In this document: positions 37,091 to 46,416 of the stretch, in pieces
How positions within the stretch are numbered: the stretch's first letter is position 1
How the letters are laid out: the number at the start of each line of letters is the position of its first letter
NCBI GenBank assembly: GCA_016186365.1
Contig: JACPLT010000006.1
Coordinates: 12,049-76,048, forward strand
Direction of reading: 5' to 3'
Origin: Candidatus Pacearchaeota archaeon
GTDB lineage: Archaea; Nanobdellota; Nanobdellia; Pacearchaeales; GW2011-AR1
Length of the DNA stretch: 64,000 nt
The notes under the pieces: model-generated
Told to the model about the DNA's origin: nothing
Seen by the model: only the letters and a program-made list of their open reading frames with translations
The model's database searches: none
Position numbers and translations under genes: made by a program

Positions 37091-37513
37091 CTAAAGGGTT
37101 TTTTTGATGTCAGAAATAAATTCCTTTGTATCTTCTTCTAATTCTTCAGCAATTGAATTAAAAACCAGCTCATCGTCTATTTCTCCGTATTCATGCACAA
37201 TAAAATTTCTCATTCCCTTTGCTTCTTTTAATCTTTTAGACAGCTCTGAGTTTATTATCTTCTTATTTTCTAAAACTAAAAAAATTTGTTCTTCTTCTTT
37301 TGGAGATTCCAACTCTTTGTATCTTGAAAACAAAAAAGCTAAATCAATTATCGCGACTATAATCTTCTCAAAGTATCTCTCACACGCGGCTTTAGTAAAA
37401 CTATCATTAGTATATTCTTCATAACTGCTTGGAAAATGTTGATAAAGTTCCTCAAGATATTTTTCAATTTCTTTTATTTTTTCATCTATTCTTTTTTTGA
37501 ATTCCTCTTTCAT
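37091..37513 (-). CDS. HepT-like HEPN (DUF86) toxin
   Basis: Rx4HxY motif in GMRNFIVHEYGEID. Confidence 0.8.
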   Translation of the reverse strand: MKEEFKKRIDEKIKEIEKYLEELYQHFPSSYEEYTNDSFTKAACERYFEKIIVAIIDLAFLFSRYKELESPKEEEQIFLVLENKKIINSELSKRLKEAKGMRNFIVHEYGEIDDELVFNSIAEELEEDTKEFISDIKKTL

Positions 37514-38003
37514 AAATCACCTTTCCTTTTTCATCTATCTCTTTTTTTATTTTTTCTGGAAGAATGTTATAAACTTGTATATCTATTATTTCTGGCAATT
37601 TGCTTAATGTTTTTATCCTAAATTCTGAAGCTTCTCTTGAATTTATACTGCTGAATTCCACAGCAATATCTATATCTGAACGAAATGTTCTCTCATTTGC
37701 TGCAGTAGAGCCAAAAAGCCATATTTTTTTTATTTTTGAAACCTGTTTGCTTTCAAATATAACCTCTTTCGCTTCTTTTATCAATTCTTTTATATTCTGC
37801 CCTTTTTTTAGCTGAAATTCCGAAATATTTTCAGACAATTTTCTAACTGCTTCAAGTTTAGTTTTTATATCCCGCGATAATCTTGTTCTTTCAGATGGCT
37901 TAAGTTTTATTCCTAACAGCTGTTTTTCAATTATTTCCAGCTCTTTTTTTCCAAATATTTTTCTTATTTCAGGATTTTTTCTTATAGTTTCTATTAAGCC
38001 CAT
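37482..38003 (-). CDS. MNT-type nucleotidyltransferase antitoxin with N-terminal extension
   Basis: GSx10DxD motif LFGSTAANERTFRSDIDIAV. It overlaps the HepT start by 32 nt. Confidence 0.8.
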   Translation of the reverse strand: MGLIETIRKNPEIRKIFGKKELEIIEKQLLGIKLKPSERTRLSRDIKTKLEAVRKLSENISEFQLKKGQNIKELIKEAKEVIFESKQVSKIKKIWLFGSTAANERTFRSDIDIAVEFSSINSREASEFRIKTLSKLPEIIDIQVYNILPEKIKKEIDEKGKVIYERGIQKKNR

Positions 38004-38072
38004 TTTTATCTCTATTATGATAATAATTATCTTAATTATGATAACTATTTAAATGTTTCGATAGGTAGAAAT

Positions 38073-38408
38073 TTAAGCAAGTTTCAGCCCATTTTTGACT
38101 TTTTTATCTGGGCAGGCTAACACTACTTCATCATTATTTAAGATAAATCCTGTTGTTAAAACTTCGGAGATAAAATTTGCAATTTGCTTTTTAGGAAAAT
38201 TAACAACACATACAACTTGTTTTCCAATTAAATCTTCTTTTTTATACAATTTAGTTATTTGTGCAGATGATTTTTTAATTCCTAACTCTCCTAAATCTAT
38301 TTCCAGCTTGTAAGCTGGTTTTTTTGCCTCTGAAAAATTTTCTGCCTTAACTATAGTGCCTACTCTTAACTCAACTTTTTCAAAATCATTCCAGCTTATT
38401 TCTTCCAT
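38073..38408 (-). CDS. csaA: tRNA-binding OB-fold protein (CsaA/Trbp111-like)
   Basis: [33 protein letters not shown]...[13 protein letters not shown]. Confidence 0.8.
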   Translation of the reverse strand: MEEISWNDFEKVELRVGTIVKAENFSEAKKPAYKLEIDLGELGIKKSSAQITKLYKKEDLIGKQVVCVVNFPKKQIANFISEVLTTGFILNNDEVVLACPDKKVKNGLKLA

Positions 38409-38416
38409 AGTTTATC

Positions 38417-38509
38417 TATAGAAAATTCTGTTAATTTGAATAAGTTTTCCGCAGAATTTTCTATCTGGATAATTCTGAAAAAGACTATTCTAATCATCAG
38501 AATTATCCA
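38417..38509. repeat. conserved double-hairpin module (copy G)
   Basis: TATAGAAAATTCTG..CAGAATTTTCTAT-C-TGGATAATTCTGA..TCAGAATTATCCA. Shares its outer stems with 59051..59143. Confidence 0.65.
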
Positions 38510-38557
38510 TAAAAATAACAGGTTTAAAAAGATTAGTTTTAAATATCTTCTATACTT

Positions 38558-39439
38558 ATGAGGAGTATGATTATTGAAATTGGGGTGCTGGCAGCTTTTT
38601 TAGCAATGTTGTGCTGGGGAATTGGAGATTTTTTAATCCAGAAAAATGTTAGGAAAATTGGGGATATTGAAGCATTAGCTTTTATTGGGATAATAGGGGC
38701 TATTGGAATAATCCCTTTTGTCTTTAATGATATCCTGCTTTTATTTTCTTATAGAAATGCGGCTATTTTATTCTTGCTTGGAATAATTACTTTTGTCGCA
38801 GCAGTATTTAATTTTCAGGCGTTAAAAGAAGGAAAGTTAGCAGTAGTAGATGTGATAATTGAGCTTGAACTTCCTGTGACGATTGTATTGGGCTTTTTGT
38901 TTTTTAAAGAAACGCTTTCTGCAATTCAATTTTCTGTTATCGGATTTGCATTTATAGGGATATTGATGATGGCGATTAAAGACCCGTATTTAGAGAATCC
39001 ATTTAAAAGATTAGAAAAAGGGGTTGTTCTGGCAGTGTTTGCTGCTGTTGGAATGGGCTTAATCAATTTTTTAACTGCTGCGTCTTCTAAGCAGATTTCT
39101 CCTTTAATGGCGGTTTGGGTTCCATGGGTTATTTTTTCATTTATCTGCCTTATTGTTATCGGCAGAAGAGAGGGATTTGATAAATTTATTAAAAATGGAA
39201 TAAAATTTAAATGGCTGGTATTGGGAATGGCAGTATTTGATACTCTTGCCTGGATTTTTTATGCCTTGGCTACTCATGACAATGAGATTTCTATAATTAC
39301 TGCTATTACTGAAAGTTATCCCGCTATTGCTTTATTTTTGGGATTGTGGATAAATAAAGAAAGAATAAGAATACATCAGTATTTTGGGGCAGTTCTTGCT
39401 TTGATTTCAAGTTTTATTTTGGCGTTTATTTTGGGTTAG
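38558..39439 (+). CDS. EamA/DMT-family transporter
   Basis: 10-TM ORF with two EamA-like halves. TTTTAAATAT lies about 24 nt upstream of the internal ATG 38567. Confidence 0.75.
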   Translation: MRSMIIEIGVLAAFLAMLCWGIGDFLIQKNVRKIGDIEALAFIGIIGAIGIIPFVFNDILLLFSYRNAAILFLLGIITFVAAVFNFQALKEGKLAVVDVIIELELPVTIVLGFLFFKETLSAIQFSVIGFAFIGILMMAIKDPYLENPFKRLEKGVVLAVFAAVGMGLINFLTAASSKQISPLMAVWVPWVIFSFICLIVIGRREGFDKFIKNGIKFKWLVLGMAVFDTLAWIFYALATHDNEISIITAITESYPAIALFLGLWINKERIRIHQYFGAVLALISSFILAFILG

Positions 39440-39480
39440 GTTTTCTATAAATTTAAATACTCATTTTATTCTATGAAATT

Positions 39481-39890
39481 ATGAGCAGACAAACTGGCCA
39501 GGAATGGCGTGGTTTTTTTCCTAGAAGAGTATAAACTTAGTCTGAGCTCTAATTTTGCTTTAGACAGGAGGGTTTACCCTTGAGAAAATTTTTGCTTATT
39601 CTGCTTATGATTATTTAAATGATGTTAAAGAAGATGGGAATTATGAAAAATTAACGAAAAAATATGGCAAAGAATTCTTCGAAGATATAGAGAAAATAGC
39701 TGAAGAGGCATTTATTATTGATTCTGATAGAAGGGTTACAAGAAGATTCTTATTAGACTTATTGAATGAACATGATAAAAATAAAAGAAAGTTTTATTGC
39801 GAGATGAGGCATGTATTCATGCGTTTTATGAATTCTATAAGAATAAATTTAAATATGCTGCAAGATAGGGTATATAGACAATTCGGGTAA
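39481..39890 (+). pseudogene. possible decayed gene remnant
   Basis: An 18-codon ORF from ATG 39481 sits behind a TATA-like TTTAAATA about 28 nt upstream. It is followed by a 108-codon stop-free frame (39564..39887) with no usable start codon until its last 46 codons. Confidence 0.3.
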
Positions 39891-39913
39891 TTTTGTCACT
39901 TTTTGTCCCAAAT

Positions 39914-39965
39914 TCTCTATCTGGAGAATTAGGATACGAGGTAACTTAATCAACCTAATTATCCA
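39914..39965. repeat. single-hairpin copy (I) of the TCTATCTGGA-AA..TTATCCATAA module
   Basis: TCTCTATC-TGGAGAATTAGG..CCTAATTATCCA-TAAC, ending 5 nt before the proS ATG. Confidence 0.5.
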
Positions 39966-39970
39966 TAACT

Positions 39971-41470
39971 ATGGAAAAGAAAGCAGAGAAAAAACAAGAG
40001 AAGATTGAAGAGAAAGGAAAGAAAGTAACATTCAATATCTCTAAAGAAAAGAATTTTTCTGAATGGTATACTGAAATAGTACAAAAAGCAGAACTTGGAG
40101 ATATAAGGTATAATGTCAAGGGATTTATTGTTTTTCAGCCATGGAGTGTTATGTCTATGGAAAAAATGTATCATTATATGGAAAAGACACTCCAAAGAAA
40201 AGGACATAAGCCGTACTGGTTTCCTACACTGATTCCTGAAAAAAATTTAAAATTGGAATCTAGCCATATTAAAGGTTTTACTCCTGAAGTTTTTTGGGTT
40301 ACATCTCATGGCAATGATGAGCCAGTAGAAGAAAAATTGGCATTAAGACCTACCTCTGAAACTGCTTTTTACCAGATGTTTTCGTTATGGATTCATTCTT
40401 ATAAAGATTTGCCTTTTAAAACTTACCAGAGGGCAAATGTTTTTAGGTATGAGACAAAAGCTACACGCCCTTTTTTGAGAAGCCGGGAGTTTCATTGGAT
40501 TGAGGCTCATTGTGCGCATGAATCAGAAGAAAAAGCAATGTTGCAAGTTAAAGAAGATATGGAAACAACTAGAGAAGTTTTACATGACATTTTTGGATTG
40601 CCATTTATATTTTTTGAAAGACCTTCTTGGGACAGATTTCCCGGGGCAAAAAGAACATTTGCAGCAGATGTTCTTAATCCTGATGGAAAAGTGGTTCAAC
40701 AGCCATCTACTCATTTATTAAAACAGGATTTTGCAAAAGGATTTAATGTTCAGTTTAAAGATAAAGATGGAAAGGATAAATTTGTCTGGATAACTTGTTA
40801 TGGTCCTGCTACATCGAGAATTTTTGCTTCTGTGATTATAGTTCATGGAGATGATAAGGGATTGAAATTCCCTTGGAAAATAGCACCTCTGCAAGTGGTA
40901 ATAGTTCCTATTAAAAATGAAAAGAAAATTTTAGATGAAGCTGAAAAAATAAAAAATAATTTGGAAGAGAAGGATATTTCAGCTGAAATTGACTTGAGCG
41001 AGAGAAGCCCTGGAGATAAATTTTATTTTTGGGAGATGAAAGGAGTTCCATTGAGAGTTGAGATTGGGGAAAAAGAGATTAAAGAGGGAAAACTTACATT
41101 GTTTAGAAGAGATATTGGAAAGAAAGAAGTTATCTCTAACTTAGATTTGTTAAGCTATGTTGATAAAACTTCAAAAGAGATTGATAAAAACTTAATAAAA
41201 CAGGCGGATAACTTGTTTAATAATAGAGTTGTTGATGTTGTAGATAAAAAACAGCTTAAAGATTCTATTGATTCTGGAAAAATTGCAAGATGCGGATTTT
41301 GTTCTGTTGATGAAGATGGGGCAGGATGCGCTGAAGTTATAGAAAAAGAAGTTTTGGCAAGTGTGAGAGGGACAAAGCTTGAAAAAGAAACTCCTTCGGG
41401 TAAAATAACTAAATGCGTAATCTGTGGGAAAAAGGCGAAAGAAGTTGTTTATGTTGCGAGACAGTATTAG
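39971..41470 (+). CDS. proS: prolyl-tRNA synthetase (archaeal/eukaryotic type)
   Basis: FSEWYTEIVQKAEL, FRYETKATRPFLRSREFHWIEAH, and a C-terminal zinc-type CxxC...CxxC tail ending VARQY. Confidence 0.9.
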   Translation: MEKKAEKKQEKIEEKGKKVTFNISKEKNFSEWYTEIVQKAELGDIRYNVKGFIVFQPWSVMSMEKMYHYMEKTLQRKGHKPYWFPTLIPEKNLKLESSHIKGFTPEVFWVTSHGNDEPVEEKLALRPTSETAFYQMFSLWIHSYKDLPFKTYQRANVFRYETKATRPFLRSREFHWIEAHCAHESEEKAMLQVKEDMETTREVLHDIFGLPFIFFERPSWDRFPGAKRTFAADVLNPDGKVVQQPSTHLLKQDFAKGFNVQFKDKDGKDKFVWITCYGPATSRIFASVIIVHGDDKGLKFPWKIAPLQVVIVPIKNEKKILDEAEKIKNNLEEKDISAEIDLSERSPGDKFYFWEMKGVPLRVEIGEKEIKEGKLTLFRRDIGKKEVISNLDLLSYVDKTSKEIDKNLIKQADNLFNNRVVDVVDKKQLKDSIDSGKIARCGFCSVDEDGAGCAEVIEKEVLASVRGTKLEKETPSGKITKCVICGKKAKEVVYVARQY

Positions 41471-41478
41471 TTCTTTTT

Positions 41479-42453
41479 TTAAACAAACGCCTTCCCGGCA
41501 ATAATTGGAAAAAGAATTGTGGCATCGCCATAAACCTTGATTGATTCTGCTGTCTTAGCTATTTTTCCCCAGGAAACAGCTTCTTCAGGCAAAGCTCCTG
41601 TATCGCTTCCGTCAAATTCCTGCTGTGAATTAATATAAACAGCATAATCAGCCCCGTTTCTAAACATATTGGCATTGCATATATGATGTTTTATTATTCC
41701 GCTTCCCAAAATTATAATTCCGGTTTTTTTCTTTCCCATTGTAGAATTATTAATCGCAACAATATCTTCTGTAACATCAATTTTAAAATTAGGATTTTTA
41801 TTCTTAAAAAAATAAATCATATCTCCTAAACTGCCATCTGTCACAGCAGGGCAGAATACAGGAATATTATTTTTATAACACCAATAATAAATACTCTCTT
41901 TATTGTTTATTTCTTTTCCTAAAATTTTAATCAGTTCAGAAGGGGTTAAAATTTTATCTTTATATCTTTCAAGTATAGGAATGATAAATTCTTCAAATCT
42001 GCAATATCTCGAGTTGGGAATAAAAATATTTCCTGCTCTGTTTATTCCTTTATCTCTTAATTCTTTTCCATCAGCATCAAATTTTCCGACTTTAAAATCT
42101 CCCAGGCATTTGATAAAATCTTCTTCAACTCCTCCTGCTGTTGTAACTATCACATCTATAAGTTTATGTTCTGCAAGATATCTGAAAATATCTCTTAATC
42201 CAGAAGTTACTAAATTTGAAGTATATCCTAAATAAATAAAAGCTTTCTCCTGTCTCATTTTCTTAATAATTTCTATAGCTTTAGAAAGATTAGTTGCCTG
42301 AAAGCCTGTGCTAGAGAAGCTGTCAACCAGCTTTTCCCAATTAATTCCAGAATTAAAATCATAACCTTTAACACTTTCTCCTGTAATTTCAGAGCTCTCT
42401 CTAAGTATGTTTTTCCTTGCGGTATTTTCCTTTTTATTAGTATTTTCTGGCAT
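41479..42453 (-). CDS. dys: deoxyhypusine synthase
   Basis: GYTSNLVTSGLRDIFRYL, VTTAGGVEEDFIKCLG, GINRAGNIFIPN. Confidence 0.9.
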   Translation of the reverse strand: MPENTNKKENTARKNILRESSEITGESVKGYDFNSGINWEKLVDSFSSTGFQATNLSKAIEIIKKMRQEKAFIYLGYTSNLVTSGLRDIFRYLAEHKLIDVIVTTAGGVEEDFIKCLGDFKVGKFDADGKELRDKGINRAGNIFIPNSRYCRFEEFIIPILERYKDKILTPSELIKILGKEINNKESIYYWCYKNNIPVFCPAVTDGSLGDMIYFFKNKNPNFKIDVTEDIVAINNSTMGKKKTGIIILGSGIIKHHICNANMFRNGADYAVYINSQQEFDGSDTGALPEEAVSWGKIAKTAESIKVYGDATILFPIIAGKAFV

Positions 42454-42513
42454 AGTTTCGGGTATATCTCTCTATATATAAATCTTTATTAGCCACTTTT
42501 TATTTATGAACTT

Positions 42514-42861
42514 ATGGAAGAAACAACCTCAAAAGATATAATTCTGCTAATTTTAGGAATTGTAGGTTCATTATTGCTTTTATCCATGATAAATATTTTA
42601 GGAATAAGTAATATTAATACTCGAGAAAATATCCCCATGATAATCGCGATTATAATCGCTTCAATAATTATTATATTTATTGTTTATAAAAAATTTAATG
42701 AAGTTACAAAGGAATTAAACAAACAGGAAGAAAGGCAGCAAAAATTGTCAGATCGCTTAGATATTTACAAAGAGTTAACAGAAATGAAAGCCGAAGATAA
42801 GTATTTAAAAGATAAGATATTAGAATTAGAAAAGAGAATAAAAAATGGCAATAAAAAATAG
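42514..42861 (+). CDS. two-TM protein with C-terminal coiled coil
   Basis: 115-aa ORF. No family recognised. Confidence 0.45.
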   Translation: MEETTSKDIILLILGIVGSLLLLSMINILGISNINTRENIPMIIAIIIASIIIIFIVYKKFNEVTKELNKQEERQQKLSDRLDIYKELTEMKAEDKYLKDKILELEKRIKNGNKK

Positions 42862-42951
42862 TTTTTCAGACATGGTTCTTGACATAATAAAAGTAGTTGC
42901 GGCTATAATTATCGGATATATAATAGTAAATGTGATAATTCAAGCAATTGG

Positions 42952-43698
42952 CTAGTTTCTGCTTCTTTTCCAGATCAGCTCAAAATATCTCCTGAAGTTA
43001 TTGCTTATCTTTTTGTTTTCTATTCTTAGACAGATATAATCTTCTTCGATAATAACAATAATAATTCTGTCATCATAAATAATAATCCCCATAGGGATTT
43101 TGTATTCTTTTGGAAGATATCTAACTTGCTGGAGTTTTTGCTGGGTTTGCTCTTTCCCCTTTAAATCAAAATCTAGGATTATTTTCCTTTTTATTCCTTT
43201 TTCAACTCTTCTCCTGCCAAATCCAGGAAGAAAATATTTTAAAGTTTCATCTGCTTTTTGAGTAAGTCCCATAACTAGATATTCTTCTCCTTTATTCAAT
43301 GTTCTTAAAATATCATTTAGCTGAGACATAAATCCTTGTTTTCCTAGATAGATAGAAGCCAGTAATTTAGTTTTTTCCTCTGAAGTTATATTTTTTAATT
43401 CACTAATTAAATTATTCAATTCTTTCTTTTCTTCTTCTAATTCTTCTTCTTTTTTCTTAAGCAGGACTTCCAGCTTTTCTGGAGCAACTGCTTCAAAATA
43501 TTTCTTATCGCTTTTTGAAGAAAAAGAAACAACTCCTTTTTTTGCCAGGCTTTCAAGCAAGTCATAAACATGAGTTCTATGAAGCTTGCTTATTTTAGCA
43601 ATTTCTCCTGCGCTTAACACTCCTTTTTTTAATAATGTTAAGTAGATGTTTATTTCATTATCATTAAGCCCTAATTTTTTCAGTATCTTTGATTCCAT
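42952..43698 (-). CDS. TrmB-family transcriptional regulator
   Basis: LKKLGLNDNEINIYLTLLKKGVLSAGEIAKISKLHRTHVYDLLESLAKKGVV. Confidence 0.8.
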   Translation of the reverse strand: MESKILKKLGLNDNEINIYLTLLKKGVLSAGEIAKISKLHRTHVYDLLESLAKKGVVSFSSKSDKKYFEAVAPEKLEVLLKKKEEELEEEKKELNNLISELKNITSEEKTKLLASIYLGKQGFMSQLNDILRTLNKGEEYLVMGLTQKADETLKYFLPGFGRRRVEKGIKRKIILDFDLKGKEQTQQKLQQVRYLPKEYKIPMGIIIYDDRIIIVIIEEDYICLRIENKKISNNFRRYFELIWKRSRN

Positions 43699-43817
43699 AA
43701 TTTTTCTATATTTTTCTTGTTTTTAAGCTTTTCTATTGTAGTAGTTATTTAACTACAACATAATATTAAAAATATAGACAGGAGTACTCCATAATAATAA
43801 ATATCACAATAATAAAA

Positions 43818-44630
43818 ATGAACGAAAGGATATTTGCCAGCAGGACAAGTGTAAAAAACTTAAGGAAGTTTTTATTAAAATACTTCCAAGATATAGATGT
43901 ATCTGGGATGCTTTCTCTTAGAGAAAATTATCTGGATAATAAAAAAATTGAAGCAAATTTTTTTGGGAGAAGATTATCTGGTTTATGCCTTGCAATTGAA
44001 ACTCCTTATGCAGAGTGGCTACTCCCCGGAAAATTTCATGAGCAATTGGGAGATGATCCGCAGTTTATAGAGATAATGAGACAAGCATTTAGAGGTTCTG
44101 AAGGAAAACCATTTATTGATTTAGGAGCAGGGATGTGCAGTTACGGGTATCAAATAGCAAGAAATCTTAATGCTTCATGTTATGTGGGAGTAGAACCTTA
44201 TTTTAATCCTTCTCTTCTTCTGTCAATAGTAATTGAAAGAGAAAAAAATCTGAAAGCTCAAATTCCTTATGCTGTTGTTTCTGAACATATGTTGAAATTT
44301 TTAAAAAGATTCACGGACAATTCTTTAAATGCCACTTTATTTGCCTGCGCAATAGATAATGCTGTTCTTAACGAGGGGTATGCTTATGATGTTAAAGACC
44401 AAATAAAAAGAATATTATCCCCTAATGGAAGTTATATTTTTTGTGAGCCCGCTGGCATGTCAGTTAGTCCTGTTATGGGAGATGTAAGACAACACTCTTC
44501 TTATTATGGGTTTGAAGGATCTTCAGTACCTTGGTTGAAATACGAAGATTTTTCTGGAGAAACTTCTCGAGGATATGATTTTAGATTAATAAGATTCACA
44601 AAACCTGGAGAAAAAGCAAATGGCATTTAA
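43818..44630 (+). CDS. putative class I SAM-dependent methyltransferase-like protein (divergent)
   Basis: Motif-I-like FIDLGAGMCSYG and post-I YVGVEP; ILSPNGSYIF. Otherwise an orphan. Confidence 0.45.
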   Translation: MNERIFASRTSVKNLRKFLLKYFQDIDVSGMLSLRENYLDNKKIEANFFGRRLSGLCLAIETPYAEWLLPGKFHEQLGDDPQFIEIMRQAFRGSEGKPFIDLGAGMCSYGYQIARNLNASCYVGVEPYFNPSLLLSIVIEREKNLKAQIPYAVVSEHMLKFLKRFTDNSLNATLFACAIDNAVLNEGYAYDVKDQIKRILSPNGSYIFCEPAGMSVSPVMGDVRQHSSYYGFEGSSVPWLKYEDFSGETSRGYDFRLIRFTKPGEKANGI

Positions 44631-44919
44631 ATTTATAAGAGATTCTGAATGTGGTGCTGTTGAAGGTTCGTTATATACTAGCCTCATATTGAATGAGCAG
44701 GAGTATTATGTTTTATGGGAAGATTGTGAGAGATTTCTAAAAGGAATTGAATATGATGGGCGAGTTATATTGCCTAAACTAGTTTATAGAAGTGTTTTAG
44801 AGCGAAAAACTGGCGCAGTTGCTGTTCCTGTAAGAAAAAAAGAAATTTTAGAAGCGATTATGGCAGAAGTAGAGTGTCTTGCAACTAGAGATAGAAGAAG
44901 AAAACGAGAAATAAACTAG
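44620..44919 (+). CDS. hypothetical protein
   Basis: 99-aa ORF overlapping the upstream gene by 11 nt. No motif recognised. Confidence 0.4.
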   Translation: MAFKFIRDSECGAVEGSLYTSLILNEQEYYVLWEDCERFLKGIEYDGRVILPKLVYRSVLERKTGAVAVPVRKKEILEAIMAEVECLATRDRRRKREIN

Positions 44920-45962
44920 CTCCCAACTAATTTTTCAATTCTCTCTTTGAACTTAGGAAGGTCAACTAACTCAACTTTGCAACCTGTTGCATCGTCATGC
45001 CCGCCGCCTGTGGCTCCTTCCAGCCCTTCAATTGCTTTTAGCGTGATTTCTTTTACTCCCTTGCCCCTTATTGAGATATTTGCCTTTGTCCCTCTTATGT
45101 AAGCTACAACTATCACTTTTTCAGGAAAATTATAGCAAAGTTCATTTGAAATATCCGCAGACATAGATAAATCCCCTCCATACTGAAAATAAAGGAGTCT
45201 TTTTTTTGCAAAGTTTTTGGCTTTTTCAATTAGTTTTTGATATTTTTTGTTTAATTGTTTGTATCGATATAACAAGCTGTTTGAAGGAGTGTCTTCTAAA
45301 ATTTCGTTAGGGAATTTTGTCTTTAGGAGAAGCCGAATCATCTTCATCACATTGCCTGTTCTGTCTTTCAAAGCGAAGTTAATAACTCTTGTAATTTTTC
45401 CTATAGAGGTTTCGTATAATGCCTGGAATGCAGTTTTAATCTCCGGCTCTGCCAGTTCGGGATAGTGTTCCTGAAATTCTTTTTTGAAATCTGGGAGATA
45501 GTTGTCTCCTATGCATCCGCAGAATGCAATCCACATATCCTCTTTTTTTTCTGTAGCTTTCCAGGTGATATAGGTTGTAGGCATAAATTCTTTTTTTTCC
45601 TCTTTTTGAGGATTATAATAATAGACATTCCCTATATTCAGATTTTCTCCTACTTCTGTATCATGGTGGTCTATCCAGACAACAGGGAGATTAAGACTTT
45701 TGGCTTCTTCTAAAAAATTCTTAGAAACCAGGGGCTTGTCAAGTATAAAAATATAATCAGGAGAGAGTTCGTGGAGCTTTCTAGCATAACTTATATCGAG
45801 TTCTGGAAAGCTTTTTATGGCCACTCCCTTGCCTTTTCCAGAGAATCTTGCCAGGAGCAGAAAGGAGCATAAGCCGTCCGCATCATTATCAAAGAAGAAA
45901 AGAGGGTTTTGAGCTTTTTCTAAATGTTCTTTTATCTCTCCTATCTGTTTTTGACTTAACAT
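44916..45962 (-). CDS. DHH/DHHA1-family phosphoesterase (RecJ/NrnA-like)
   Basis: FFFDNDADGLCS, VVWIDHHD, GGGHDDATG. Confidence 0.8.
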   Translation of the reverse strand: MLSQKQIGEIKEHLEKAQNPLFFFDNDADGLCSFLLLARFSGKGKGVAIKSFPELDISYARKLHELSPDYIFILDKPLVSKNFLEEAKSLNLPVVWIDHHDTEVGENLNIGNVYYYNPQKEEKKEFMPTTYITWKATEKKEDMWIAFCGCIGDNYLPDFKKEFQEHYPELAEPEIKTAFQALYETSIGKITRVINFALKDRTGNVMKMIRLLLKTKFPNEILEDTPSNSLLYRYKQLNKKYQKLIEKAKNFAKKRLLYFQYGGDLSMSADISNELCYNFPEKVIVVAYIRGTKANISIRGKGVKEITLKAIEGLEGATGGGHDDATGCKVELVDLPKFKERIEKLVGS

Positions 45963-46121
45963 GATTAACCTAGATTTTATTGATTTAAAATTGTTTCTGA
46001 AGTCAAATTTTTCTTTGGTTTTTGTTACTATCGTTCAGAAGGGTAAATTTGGATATGCTATAAAGTACCTAAATTTTTTCCCTATAGAAATCTTTTTAAA
46101 TAAGTTAATCATAACTATTGA

Positions 46122-46310
46122 ATGAACAAGTGGATAGAACTTTTACTTGGCCTTATATTGGTTATAGTGCCGATATATGTCGCCTGGTCAATGAAACTAT
46201 ATGGCTTAGGGTCAGCAGCTATTGTTGTCCTAAAGGGGGGAATTATATGGGCAATAATCGGAATTGGCTTGCTTTTAATCCTTCTAGGCATAAGTGATTT
46301 GAAAGAGTAA
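46122..46310 (+). CDS. small two-TM membrane protein
   Basis: 62-aa hydrophobic ORF. Confidence 0.4.
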   Translation: MNKWIELLLGLILVIVPIYVAWSMKLYGLGSAAIVVLKGGIIWAIIGIGLLLILLGISDLKE

Positions 46311-46416
46311 AAATACTTTAATTTAGTTATAGCAAATTTATCTGTATTTGGGAGTTTGTTTGTTTTATACACCAGATTATACAAATCTATATTAAATTAA
46401 GCTTTTTCTTTTTATT

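Noticed and set aside
42872-42955. 27-codon hydrophobic ORF (MVLDIIKVVAAIIIGYIIVNVIIQAIG)
   Set aside because: It may be a genuine mini-membrane peptide, but it is too short and unsupported (no clear RBS or promoter) to report as a feature.
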